Source: Octopus bimaculoides (lineage: Eukaryota). From it: a DNA stretch of 64,000 nucleotides. A program made the position numbers and the translations under genes. The notes below the pieces were generated by a model. That model searched no databases, was not told the origin of the DNA, and worked only from the letters and a program-made list of their open reading frames with translations. The stretch is taken from contig NC_068992.1 in the NCBI RefSeq assembly GCF_001194135.2, forward strand, positions 22,561,985 through 22,625,984. The letters are read 5' to 3'. Numbering within the stretch: the stretch's first letter is position 1; each line of letters begins with the position of its first letter. Positions 1 to 12,099 of the stretch are shown here, one piece after another.

Positions 1-245
1 TATAAAGTACAAAACTAGATGTTGTTAACATCGCATATTTTCTTTTATTCAACGGAGATGGATTTCATTTTAATATAATGAGTTTCCGGCAAATGAATCT
101 TAGATACTATAAAACACTGATGGATATTTAGGAATTAAGGTGTCGTAGGAGCAGTTCTTTTCTAAATTAATAACTGCCGGCTTGTAAGAAGACTATAACG
201 CTTTTGCTGCTACGAATCTGACGATTTTATGGTCTGCTGCAGTCT

Positions 246-334
<89 letters not shown>

Positions 335-1571
335 AATATACTAGATAAACAGATAGATAAACAGATGGATATATACATACATGCTTGAAGAAACCGTCTT
401 ACGATTCTGTCCTGAAACATTCTAAATACATAGCCGTGGTACCGGCGCTGTATCATTTAAAGAACAGAGACGCCATTTTAAACGCATGTGTCTGTGGTAG
501 CAGTTGATATTTCACAACCACAAAAGTAGTAGAAAAGATTAAAATCGCGTGCGCCCGTCGGGCGTGTGCACGTGTGTGGTATGCGTGCGTGTTTGTGTGT
601 AAAAAATGATGTACACTTGTTTCATTCAAACTTTATCCCAGATATGTTCTGTATATCATAACCAATCATTCTACAGTTCGTAAACTGAGCAGCAATCTGG
701 GTGCCGACTGTATAATGAAAATTTACGTGCAGGTCTAAAATCAACGATAGCATTGTACACCTGACTGCACCAACAAAATATGCCATACACTATACACACA
801 CCTACATGCATCCATACATCCATATATATATATATATATATATANNNNNNNNNNNNNNNNNNNNNNNNNNNNNNNNNNNNNNNNNNNNNNNNNNNNNNNN
901 NNNNNNNNNNNNNNNNNNNNNNNNNNNNNNNNNNNNNNNNNNNNNNNNNNNNNNNNNNNNNNNNNNNNNNNNNNNNNNNNNNNNNNNNNNNNNNNNNNNN
1001 NNNNNNNNNNNNNNNNNNNNNNNNNNNNNNNNNNNNNNNNNNNNNNNNNNNNNNNNNNNNNNNNNNNNNNNNNNNNNNNNNNNNNNNNNNNNNNNNNNNN
1101 NNNNNNNNNNNNNNNNNNNNNNNNNNNNNNNNNNTATATATATATATACATGTATCAATAAATACACATGGCTTTGTTTCTCTTTATTTTTGGAGTATAC
1201 AAATGCTAATATACCATTATACATACACATACCTCTATATGCGTGTATAGTATAATATTCGAAATATATCTATATATGTGAAAATACTGCATGTGTTAGC
1301 ATTTAAGAATTTCAATTCGCGTCTGATGTAAAAATAACTCTCTTGTAAGTACGTCTGTAAGCAATTAATAAGGATAATGCCAGAATTGTTATTTAAATTG
1401 CAGGTGACTCGAAAACTGCTGTTATACATACGACGTTAGAAACAAGTATGACAAAGAAAAATGGTTGTGTTTTTTTCTTTTTTTTTAATATACTAATGCG
1501 AATATACCATTATATAATGAAAAGAACGCCTATTGTTGCAAGAGGTTTGAATAAATTTAAATTGGTACACT

Positions 1572-2620
1572 TATTCAGTGTTTTGCTGTGTGAGCTAGAA
1601 TTAAGAATTTCTCAATGAAACATGAACTTGATATTGTATAGGTTTTCTAAACATTAATATAATCATGCATGATAACTTAAATAAGTTTTACAAAAAATCT
1701 GAATAATAATAGTAGAAGGTTGCATCTTTTTAATGTTACATAAGTTTAATTATGTTCATCATATTTAATCTTAAACGGATTTTCTCTCACCTATTTCAAT
1801 ATTTATCATTCTGATTAATAATAGGTGCATGTCTAGACAACGTATATTTCTGGAATTTCGTGACAGATCTCTTGCTTGCACATAAGTTTTGTGAATGGCA
1901 AATTTATTTTGGAATGCCAGTGATCTTAGAAAGTTGTAATTCGAATTATGGCTATTGTATATTTTTTATTATTAATGACGATAGTTAAGGCTAGTGTTTT
2001 GATAGAATCATTAGTGACTTAGCCAAAGTGACTTACTGTTATTGCTTTAGACTTTCATACACTGAGTTCTGATATCAAATTTTCATTCCTCCCGGATCAA
2101 TATAATACTTGACAGTTTCTGTTGTCGATGTAATTGAAGAAACCTATCTCTCAAAAATTTTGGCCATAGTTCAATACTAACGATGAGAACGTGTTAGCAA
2201 ACGTTCTAACTGCAGAGTAGATTATTTAACGTAAATTTGGTTTGAAAACTTGTTTCCCCTTCTCTATGAGCAATTTACTATTTTATGAGACGAAAGATTC
2301 TTTACTCATTGAAATAGTGTCATTCTTTGAACATGGTGCTTAAAACCATGTGTTCTTTGTCCTGCATTGTCTCTTGCTAGGTCGTGCATGCTTGTGATAT
2401 TTCGAAATACGTTTTATCATTACGTACAACAATTCATTGAAACCTATTGCTACTGCTGTAGCTTTCCTATCCGCGAAGCCTCGTTGTATGAAGACTGGAA
2501 TGACCGGGAGGGTCTCTAGATGTATTCGCTACCAAATATGCTCCTAAAAGAACTAGCAAAAGCATAGAGCATGCTACCAAATTCCATTTGTTTTTAAGTA
2601 ACCGCTATTATACATATATA
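1572..2620 (+). pseudogene. Decayed GRL101-like LGR receptor core, copy A (hinge to TM7)
   Basis: Motifs in LGR order across broken frames: hinge YSVFCC (1572-1589), TM2 LIIGACLDNVY (from 1815), TM3 VYFLLLMT (1957-1980) then FDRII (1998-2012), TM5 G.*NHVFFVLHCLLLGR, TM6 ETYCYCCSFPI (2439-2471), TM7 MLPNS (2571-2585). Many stops and frameshifts. Confidence 0.55.
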
Positions 2621-5600
2621 TATATAACAGTGAGCCAAAAGACATCTCGATCATAAGTTGCCTATAGCTTCTATTTTAACCATATAGAATATGTTATATG
2701 TTATATGAATATGTTATATGTTATATGAGTTAATACGTTTTTAAGTAAATATGTTTTTATAGGAGAAACTCCAAATTAGATATAATTGTGTGGATTCAAA
2801 TTGAATGACTGTTAAGTGTTAGCAGATTAAATGTTGTGCAAATAATTGGGCAACGAGTATCAAAAACATTTTCGGTGAGCGCGTCAGACAACTTTGGATA
2901 TGTTCAGGTATTTTATGACTTAAACTACGAAGAATAGTATTACGCCATCGAACTTGTATATCTTCAGTTGTCGGCAGTGAAAAGCACGATGAACACGTGG
3001 TCTAATGTTTGTGATGGATGTGGAATAACTACGAATCTCCTATACGGCGTAACTGTGGCAGTTTTTTTTATACATTATATTAATCTAATGTTGCGTGATC
3101 CCTTAACGCTATATGTATCCTCGGGAAAAATAATTAAGATTACACGTAAGTATGGAATACGTAACTAACTACATACTAATTGAATGAGTAGGCTATTCAG
3201 TTGATTAAAAATCTATAATAATTGTCATAATCTTACTTCGTTTACATTTGAGTGAAGATATATTATTTAATTATTTCTGTGCTATAGCTCGAGAATAAGC
3301 AGTTGAATTAATATCACCTGACGAAGAATAATCTTCAAAACAGTCAAACATAATAACTCTATTGAATTTAATCTGAAGATGGCAAGAGGTTGTGTGTTAT
3401 TCTACAAGTTTTTACCTTTAGCTACCGAACGAATTAAATTAAATAATGATTCATATTTAAACTGAAAATTAATTCGTTTTCAAAAGTAACAGAGAACTTA
3501 TCTGTTCAAACATTTTGAAAACAGTTGGTTGATTCTCAATAAATTTTTTGGCTGCCAGTCAAATTGATGTTATGCAAGATAACTTCACTATCGAGGCAGC
3601 AGTGAAGCTATTTGTATATTATTCTTTGAACATTCTCTAATTCTTGCGAATTTCATAGCAATAGGCACAAATAAACGCAAGCAGTAATAATATTAAAAAT
3701 TGGTACTTTAAAGTATGAACAAAATACTAATCTAGACTGTATACTTGATTGAACTGACTATAGATTTTATAAAAAAAAAAAAAAAATAAGCATCCAGTTA
3801 TTATTTTCTTCTTCCACTTAGTGTCTCCTCATTATCATACTGATGGCATTTAGACGCTGAGTTATTGGAGTAAATGAAATTTTTATAAGTATCTAACATG
3901 TTGAGTGTAGGTGCCAATCAAAGCATTCTATGGCAAAAAGTCCCTCTCTTCTATAATCTTACTGATGGTTATGGTAAATATGTAAACATGATGATCGTAA
4001 GGGTGAATATGGTAATGGAATTGGTGGTAATGGCGGTGGTGGGGATAATGGATCTCATCTCCTTCATCGATTTGACATCCTTCTTTCATTCTTGTAATCA
4101 CAAGTGTTGGGTGTGTCTGATGTAAGCCAAAATTACATTCGTCTGTGCTCCATCAGTCAATCAATCACTCAATGAATCAATGAATCAATGAATCAACCAA
4201 GGAACCTACCTACTTAACTGGTCTCTATATCTTTCTCTCTCTCTCTATACATATATATATATCCATCTGCATATACATATACATGCACACACACACACAC
4301 ACATATTATATAGATATTCATCTACCTATCTACTCTTCTTTCTATCTATTCAATTATCCAACTATCTTTTCTTGTCTCTTTTAGATTTTCTACTTAACAA
4401 TAGTGTAGCGTTTTACTCTGATGTTCAATTTTGTCATGATTTTCTATTCTGATCACTTACGTTCGTCTCCCCGCCCCTCCTCCCCAGCACAATGATTAAC
4501 ATACAATAATAACAACACTATCTCAAGTAGTTTCTTTAACAAAGAATTTTGAAATATTTTTGCATCTTAAGTAATTTAAATTTTTGTTTGGAAAATACAA
4601 TCTAAAATTCGATCTACCTAAGGATAGAAAATCTCGAAGCGCATATATTCAAGTACATAAGTTTGCAGATGTGATTCTCCTCATGACGACATAGGAAAAT
4701 AGACAACAAAGTTTATCTAGGCATTGTTATTTCTGATCATATTGCCAATAGTTTTCTATTGAATACATTCCTCTGGAACATATAGGATGTTCTTCACTGT
4801 CACAAAGAAATACATTTTTATAAAACATTTCGAATTTAGTTTAAAGAACTATTCTAACATTCCCGGTTATATTAAACAGCTATTTAATTTTCTTACGTAA
4901 TCATCCTAGTAAGCAACAATCGGTCTAGTACTAGAGATGCAGCAGATAAATGTGTATTGATAATAGTAGAAATCATAGTTGTATCAAATGTAAGATTAAG
5001 ATGAAGGTGAAGAGAGGAATTTTACATATTCGAGATAAAGGGAATTTCTCAAGAGCATATTGAAAACTGTATGAATCCGCATAATACCCCAGTGTTATTT
5101 ATTACACATGTTGTTTTGTAGTCGTGAATTAGCTGCAACGTAGCTGATGAATACTGTATTTCTCTTAACAAAATCTGAACACGTACATGAGTATGATTGT
5201 TGGCTATATCAATCTAGCACCAAATAATAGAACGTGTAGAAATATATGAAAAGATATTTATGCCAACATAGATTCTATATCAGCAAGTTTTATTATGTTA
5301 ATGCAGATTCTTTGTTTGAAATGTTGCTCTTTAATAAAAGCTCTCTCAATTCTTTATTTAACTCGGAATTTTCTACCTACTAACTGTAAAATTGGTGAAA
5401 GCTTCTTAAATGAAATACCAGGAAGCATTCAGAGGACACTAAGCTGCATGCATTTACGTGGTCACAAGAACCACTTGAAACACCAGCCAAACCCTGTCGA
5501 AATCATCCCTTATTGTTGCCATGAAAGAGCGACACAAAAAAGATCTAATCGAAGGCACACTTAAGAGCAAACGGACTGGTCCAGATTAGCCTGTCTTTGA

Positions 5601-5760
5601 TTACGGTTTCTTTCATCAAGCTGTTGCTCGGGGGTAAAACAGCTGCTTCTGAATTAATATTCTCCTATATCTATAGTCGATACAGTGAGTCTACACATAT
5701 ATTTGAACTCCTACCCATCTTCAACCATAACGTTATGGTTGAAGATTAGTAGGAGTTATT

Positions 5761-5960
5761 TACATTACATTATTCACATTATTTACACTGGACGGATATG
5801 TATCCTCATCTTGTTTGTTGTTACCACAACGATTCGGCTGATTTACTCTCCTGACTTCATCAGGTGTGCTGGTAGAATTTTGAACACAAACCTGGGTTCT
5901 CATTTCAAAGGAATATCTTTTGCTGATGTTAGTATTATTATTATCTATTCAAGGCACCCA
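5761..5960 (-). mobile_element. tRNA-headed SINE body/tail with degenerate hammerhead motif (inverted arm)
   Basis: Homologous to 38347-38530. The minus strand reads CACAC-CTGATGA-AGTCAG...CAGCC-GAAT-CGTT. Confidence 0.75.
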
Positions 5961-6222
5961 CTGGAATATAGAGTAAAGAGCGCGGGCTACTAACCCTAAG
6001 ATTCTAAGTTCAACTCCAGACAGTGCATTGAATAAAATAAATAATAATAATAATAACATCAGCCAAAAAAATAAATCCATAGAAATGCGATCCCATTTTT
6101 TGGTTCAAAAACCGACCAGGACAACTGATAAAGGCTGGAGAGTAAATCAACCGAAACCTTGGTAGTAACAGCAAACAAGATGATGGTACATGTCCGTCAA
6201 ATGTAAATAATGTAAATAATAT
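5961..6222 (+). mobile_element. tRNA-headed SINE: head, (AAT)n, tail with degenerate hammerhead
   Basis: Head AAGAGCGCGGGCTACTAACCC...GTTCAACTCC matches 38610-38680. Tail CTGATAA-AGGCTG...CAACC-GAAA at 6125-6156 ends in AATGTAAATAAT repeats. Confidence 0.75.
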
Positions 6223-7099
6223 ACGCTTTACTCTCTACATATTCAGTGAACTAATCATATCACCCGTCAATATCACTAGCAATCGGTATGTAAATTTACC
6301 ATACCCACAAAAAAAAAAAAAACGAACTGCAATTTTCTACAATTACATTCCTTCTATCAATGATACAAAAAAAAAAAACACCTGCTACAATCTTAACTGA
6401 GTTCAACTGAATCAAGGAACAACAATGTTTAATCATAATGTTTATCATATTTGGGTTGTAATGCAATTAGAAAAAAATTAACATTAACATGGATTATATC
6501 TCCTGACTTAGATACAGCACATCTAAAAACAAACTCTTCAGTGTTAGAGTGTTAGTTATCATTAGATACAGGTATCACTTATATAATTTTCTTATAGGTT
6601 AATTATTATAAATGTATTCATTGTCTTCGCCCATTGTGACTTTGTTTCGACAGATATTTATTATATTATTAACACAGAAAATGCTAGATTTTTTTGTCAT
6701 AATAATCTCTCTCTCACTCTCTCTGTCATTCACATACGCTCTATCTTAATATATACATAGAGAGAAAGAGGGAGAGAGATATATAGATAGATAGAGTGTG
6801 TGTGAAATATCCTGGAAACAGCTGTAAGACATTCTATTTATAAATGTTCTATATTATACACAGCCTTCGTTTTTATCTAATTACGAAAAGTAAATCCTCA
6901 TATTCACACGCTGATATATGACCTACGTTGGACTCCTTATTCGCATAACCACCGAACCTGGAGCTTAAGTATGGTCTATCCATAGCACTTACTCAGCATT
7001 ACCTGAAACCTCTGGGTCTAATTGACACCACTATCGCTCATAACCTATATATATATATATATATACATATGTGTGTGTGTGTGTCCATCCTGCCCTCAT

Positions 7100-7260
7100 T
7101 CTATTTGAGATTTCAGCATCCATATCTCGGCGTAATTCATTGTGTGCCTTCGCCAGAAGTATTTCTTTCCCCCTTCAGGCACATTGTAATCAGTGGTATG
7201 TATCAGCAGCTAATGGACTGCTCGATACTGTGGTACTCTCTGACAAACCTTTAAAGAACA
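7100..7260 (+). pseudogene. Possible decayed LDLa module (copy B ectodomain)
   Basis: FQHPYLGVIHCVP...DCS(D)..SDK resembles F.C...CVP..CD..DC.D.SDE, with frameshifts. Confidence 0.3.
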
Positions 7261-7326
7261 TCAAACTGAAATATTTTACCTGATAATCAGGTTACATTGT
7301 TTAACATAGTGATTACTGTAAAGGAT

Positions 7327-7580
7327 AGGTTCTCAAAGTGGGCGTGCTTAGGTTCTCTAAGGGGATGGTAGAGAAAGAGTAGGCATTAGGAAAAAAGCAG
7401 TGGTTTGGGGGACGCTTATGAATTTATATTATTATAGTATTGTATACAAATTGTATAATATTATATTAAATATCAAATGATTCATTATATATATAAATTA
7501 CTAAAATATAAAATTTTTATTTATACATAAAAATAGGAGGCGCCCAGGTGCAGTGGCCCAAAAAGTTTGAGAATCTCTGC
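7327..7580. mobile_element. hAT/Charlie-like MITE
   Basis: Termini GGTTCTCAAA ... TTTGAGAATCTCTG form an imperfect terminal inverted repeat around an AT-rich core. TSD not resolved. Confidence 0.45.
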
Positions 7581-7687
7581 TTTTAAGTATAGAATTTATG
7601 AGAATGAATTTAGGCAATAAGCAAAGTAGCGAGTTAAAAAATTTCTGTAACACTATATTCAGAAATACTTTTAATCACCACTCCAAT

Positions 7688-7899
7688 ATGGATGTTCCGT
7701 AGGAACCAACGTCACTACTCTTTTTAAACCCAGCAGGAGCCTCCTCCAGCTGGTTATCTCGTCGGAGTCGCTAGAAGATAGGGGTTCCATCTCTTGCTTG
7801 CAATATACATCAGGTGCTGATAGCACCATTAACCATCTTGAGGAGGGTTCCAGCTGGGGTTAAAAACGGTAGTAACAACGGTTCCTATCGGACAGCCAT
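7688..7899. mobile_element. Foldback MITE-like element with about 70-bp inverted arms
   Basis: 7688-7756 (ATGGATGTTCCGTAGGAACC...CCCAGCAGGAGCCTCCTCCAGCTGGTTA) is an imperfect reverse complement of 7830-7899. Confidence 0.65.
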
Positions 7900-8329
7900 A
7901 GTGATGTGGCGATAAACAGTTTAGGCAATAATATTTCTTTCTCCATTCTATAATTTCCTTATTAATATCAACAATGTTATAAGTTGATATAAAGTCTTAA
8001 ATGGGACGAGAAAAAATGCAATTTTAATCATTTATAAATCTACAGATATACAGATTGTTATGATTAGACTTAAGATTAAACTGTAGGGAAGCAACGACTT
8101 TCCATGAAAAACAGCTTGGCAATATGGTAGGGATATTTCCTTCATTAATTAGAAAAACAAAAACAAACTATAGATAGATAGCTCCATATGGAAATTTAGT
8201 TATTCCCTATTTTTCTAATATCATATTTGTTGTCTTTGGAGAAGACTATAGAAATTCTTTGTAATTTACTTCTTCCTCAATATTATTCTTCCTCACACAA
8301 CTATGAAAGAAGTTATTATCTTGCACTCA

Positions 8330-8500
8330 AGCTGTTAACTTAGATGAAATTAGTTGTTAGCGTATACTTTCATTAACTTATTCAATTGGATTAACACAAT
8401 GGATCTCAACAGATGCTTGTCTCTTCCTCATGTTTTCAGAAATATCTCATTAAATAGGCTGAAAGTGACTGAAAAAATATATATCTTTCACTGAATTATC
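8330..8500 (+). pseudogene. Possible decayed LRR-coding segment (copy B)
   Basis: One frame reads AVNLDEISC*RILSLTLFNWINTMDLNRCLSLPHVFRNISLNRLKVTEKIYIF, with LxxLDLSxNxL-like periodicity. Confidence 0.35.
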
Positions 8501-9145
8501 TATTATACCTCATCTCGAATGCAATTTGCATTCTTTTGCCACATAATTCAATACTGTTTTATTGTGTGATATATATATATATATATATATATAATAGTTA
8601 TCGCCAAGCCATCATGGCAGTCCCAAAATTAGGACGAAAGCTGCCGTGAATTAGCTCCAAGAAGCCATCGCCTCTAGCTAGCTACATGACACACGAAACC
8701 TGTGTCCTTTATAACCTTCGAACAGGGGAGGTCAGCAGTCTAGTCTGCAGATGCCAAACCAGCAAGGGGAAGCTGCNNNNNNNNNNNNNNNNNNNNNNNN
8801 NNNNNNNNNNNNNNNNNNNNNNNNNNNNNNNNNNNNNNNNNNNNNNNNNNNNNNNNNNNNNNNNNNNNNNNNNNNNNNNNNNNNNNNNNNNNNNNNNNNN
8901 NNNNNNNNNNNNNNNNNNNNNNNNNNNNNNNNNNNNNNNNNNNNNNNNNNNNNNNNNNNNNNNNNNNNNNNNNNNNNNNNNNNNNNNNNNNNNNNNNNNN
9001 NNNNNNNNNNNNNNNNNNNNNNNNNNNNNNNNNNNNNNNNNNNNNNNNNNNNNNNNNNNNNNNNNNNNNNNNNNNNNNNNNNNNNNNNNNNNNNNNNNNN
9101 NNNNNNNNNNNNNNNNNNNNNNNNNNNNNNNNNNNNNNNNNNNNN

Positions 9146-9178
<33 letters not shown>

Positions 9179-9194
9179 AATATATATACATTTA

Positions 9195-9355
9195 TACGAA
9201 GGGCTTCTTTCAGTTTCCGTCCACCAAATCCACTCACAAGGCTTTGGTCGGCTCAAGGCTATAGTAGAAGACACTTGACCAAGATGCCACGCAGTGGGAC
9301 TGAACTCGGATCCATGTGGTTGGTAAGCAAGCTATTTACCACACAGCCACTGCTG
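9195..9355 (-). mobile_element. tRNA-derived SINE family 1 (head and body)
   Basis: Minus strand GGCTGTGTGGTAAATAGCTTGC...GTTCAGTCCCACTGCGTGG has A/B-box-like motifs. Homologous copies at about 11700-11990(-), 16935-17450(+), 25300-25472(+), 44819-45230(+), 47600-48026(-), 50900-51135(+), 52575-52950(+). Confidence 0.85.
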
Positions 9356-9608
9356 TATACATACACAAACATATAGTTAGATACACACACACACATACAC
9401 ACAGACACAAATATACGTCTGTGTATAACCTTGAACAAAGATGCAGTTTCAATAAATTTGATATAGATGTATGTTTAATAAACACTTAATCCCAGGTTAA
9501 ATCTTCAGACACTAAATAAATGTTTACTAAATATATCGTATATTAAGCCCATTTATTCACACTCACATTTAAGCATGTACGTCCACCTCTTATACATACA
9601 TACATACA

Positions 9609-9640
<32 letters not shown>

Positions 9641-10887
9641 AATAGAGATATATGTATACCCACAAGGGTTGTATTATATTATATTATATATATATATATT
9701 TATATAAATAAATACATATATATATACATATATGCATATGTATATATATATATCAGTGTGCGTGCATGTGTGTGTATGTGTATATGACATATTTTTGTGT
9801 GTGTGTGTTTGTATATGGCACGTGTGTGCGTTTGTGTATTTATCTATGTAAACAAAGAGAGACAGATATTGATAGATATATATGCATAGATAAATATATA
9901 TGAGTATATATACTTGCATACGCACACACACACACAGATGTATATATANNNNNNNNNNNNNNNNNNNNNNNNNNNNNNNNNNNNNNNNNNNNNNNNNNNN
10001 NNNNNNNNNNNNNNNNNNNNNNNNNNNNNNNNNNNNNNNNNNNNNNNNNNNNNNNNNNNNNNNNNNNNNNNNNNNNNNNNNNNNNNNNNNNNNNNNNNNN
10101 NNNNNNNNNNNNNNNNNNNNNNNNNNNNNNNNNNNNNNNNNNNNNNNNNNNNNNNNNNNNNNNNNNNNNNNNNNNNNNNNNNNNNNNNNNNNNNNNNNNN
10201 NNNNNNNNNNNNNNNNNNNNNNNNNNNNNNNNNNNNNNNNNNNNNNNNNNNNNNNNNNNNNNNNNNNNNNNNNNNNNNNNNNNNNNNNNNNNNNNNNNNN
10301 NNNNNNNNNNNNNNNNNNNNNNNNNNNNNNNNNNNNNNNNNNNNNNNNNNNNNNNNNNNNNNNNNNNNNNNNNNNNNNNNNNNNNNNNNNNNNNNNNNNN
10401 NNNNNNNNNNNNNNNNNNNNNNNNNNNNNNNNNNNNNNNNNNNNNNNNNNNNNNNNNNNNNNNNNNNNNNNNNNNNNNNNNNNNNNNNNNNNNNNNNNNN
10501 NNNNNNNNNNNNNNNNNNNNNNNNNNNNNNNNNNNNNNNNNNNNNNNNNNNNNNNNNNNNNNNNNNNNNNNNNNNNNNNNNNNNNNNNNNNNNNNNNNNN
10601 NNNNNNNNNNNNNNNNNNNNNNNNNNNNNNNNNNNNNNNNNNNNNNNNNNNNNNNNNNNNNNNNNNNNNNNNNNNNNNNNNNNNNNNNNNNNNNNNNNNN
10701 NNNNNNNNNNNNNNNNNNNNNNNNNNNNNNNNNNNNNNNNNNNNNNNNNNNNNNNNNNNNNNNNNNNNNNNNNNNNNNNNNNNNNNNNNNNNNNNNNNNN
10801 NNNNNNNNNNNNNNNNNNNNNNNNNNNNNNNNNNNNNNNNNNNNNNNNNNNNNNNNNNGTGTGTATGTATATACACACATATATATG

Positions 10888-10965
<78 letters not shown>

Positions 10966-11254
10966 CATATTTATATACATATATATGCATATATATACAT
11001 ATATATATGTTGATATATATAATCATCTATATGTCAATGCTTATGAACTTCATGGTGCAGATGTACTTTTCTATATATGTAATAGGTGTGGCATGTGTCT
11101 ATGAGCATATGTGCATGTATGCATGATTATGTGCACAAGAAGGCTCACACATGCAACACAAACTTTGATAGTTTGCAGAAAAAGAAACACTATCATCCAC
11201 CCCAAAATAAAAGTATTTGAAATTAAAAAAAAAAAATCATCGTGATTATGAATG

Positions 11255-11625
11255 GGAGAAGTTGACCTCAGCTTCAACCACACCGTCAAAACAGCTTGGG
11301 ATCCTGGCACATGCTTTCCCTATTGTGTTCCAGGTAAGATCTTCAAACAATTCTTTGAACTTGGTCACAATCTAGTCTTTCGCGTTGCAGACATAGTGGC
11401 TGATGTCTTCCTGTACTGAGCCCTACACGTAGTAATCTAAGGAGTCGTGATCGGAGTAAACAGCAGACCCTAAATTTGGCTGGGGTAGTCATGGAAATTT
11501 TTTTGAAAACCGTCTTTGTCTCATTCCGGAAATATGACAAGGAACGGAATCCAGCTTCTACATATATGGCCCTCCAGCAGCAACCCTCCCTATCCATCAT
11601 TTCGGTGATGTCTCCAATAGCTTCA
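11255..11625 (-). mobile_element. Decayed mariner/Tc1-superfamily transposase C-terminus
   Basis: Broken frames give WIGRVAAGGPY.*KLDSVPCHISG, DYYV*GSV and KACARIPSCFDGVVEAE, matching the Q-D-S-A-P-C-H and P-L-D-Y-Y-V-W region of IS630-Tc1-mariner transposases. Confidence 0.8.
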
Positions 11626-11699
11626 TATAGCCGTCTGAATTGAACGTAAAACTTGGATGAACGTAAAACTTAGAAGGATGAATTCGAAAATCAGCTCTA

Positions 11700-11990
11700 A
11701 ACTAATGAAGTCAGGAACTGATTCTATCTCTGCGAACCGCTAAGTTAAGGGGATGTAAACAAACCAACAACGCTTGTCAAGTGGTAGAGGATGACAAATC
11801 CACACACCCTACACGCAGAGGTACATATATATGACTTCCTTCTTTCAGTTTCCGTCAACCAAATCTCCTTACGAGGCCTTCATCGGTCAGGAGCTATAAT
11901 ATATTGCAGTTGTACGAGTTTGGCTTCTCGTGAGACTGAACTGAAAACCATACCGTTGAGAAGCAAACTTCTTACCACACAGCCATGCCT
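11700..11990 (-). mobile_element. SINE family 1 copy
   Basis: Homology to 9195-9355, plus the tail (CCGCTAAGTT..GGGGATGTAAAC). Confidence 0.75.
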
Positions 11991-12099
11991 GCAGCTATAT
12001 AAGCAGTACTAAGAGTATATCATATGATTGAGTAGATAGAGTACATGGCAGTCAACGTCAGGGGTGGCGGTCTACATGTTTTAACTACTCTTCTATTCT

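Noticed and set aside
2381-2519. Apparent intact terminal exon SCMLVIFRNTF...WNDREGL*
   Set aside because: Better explained as one surviving frame across TM6 of decayed LGR copy A.
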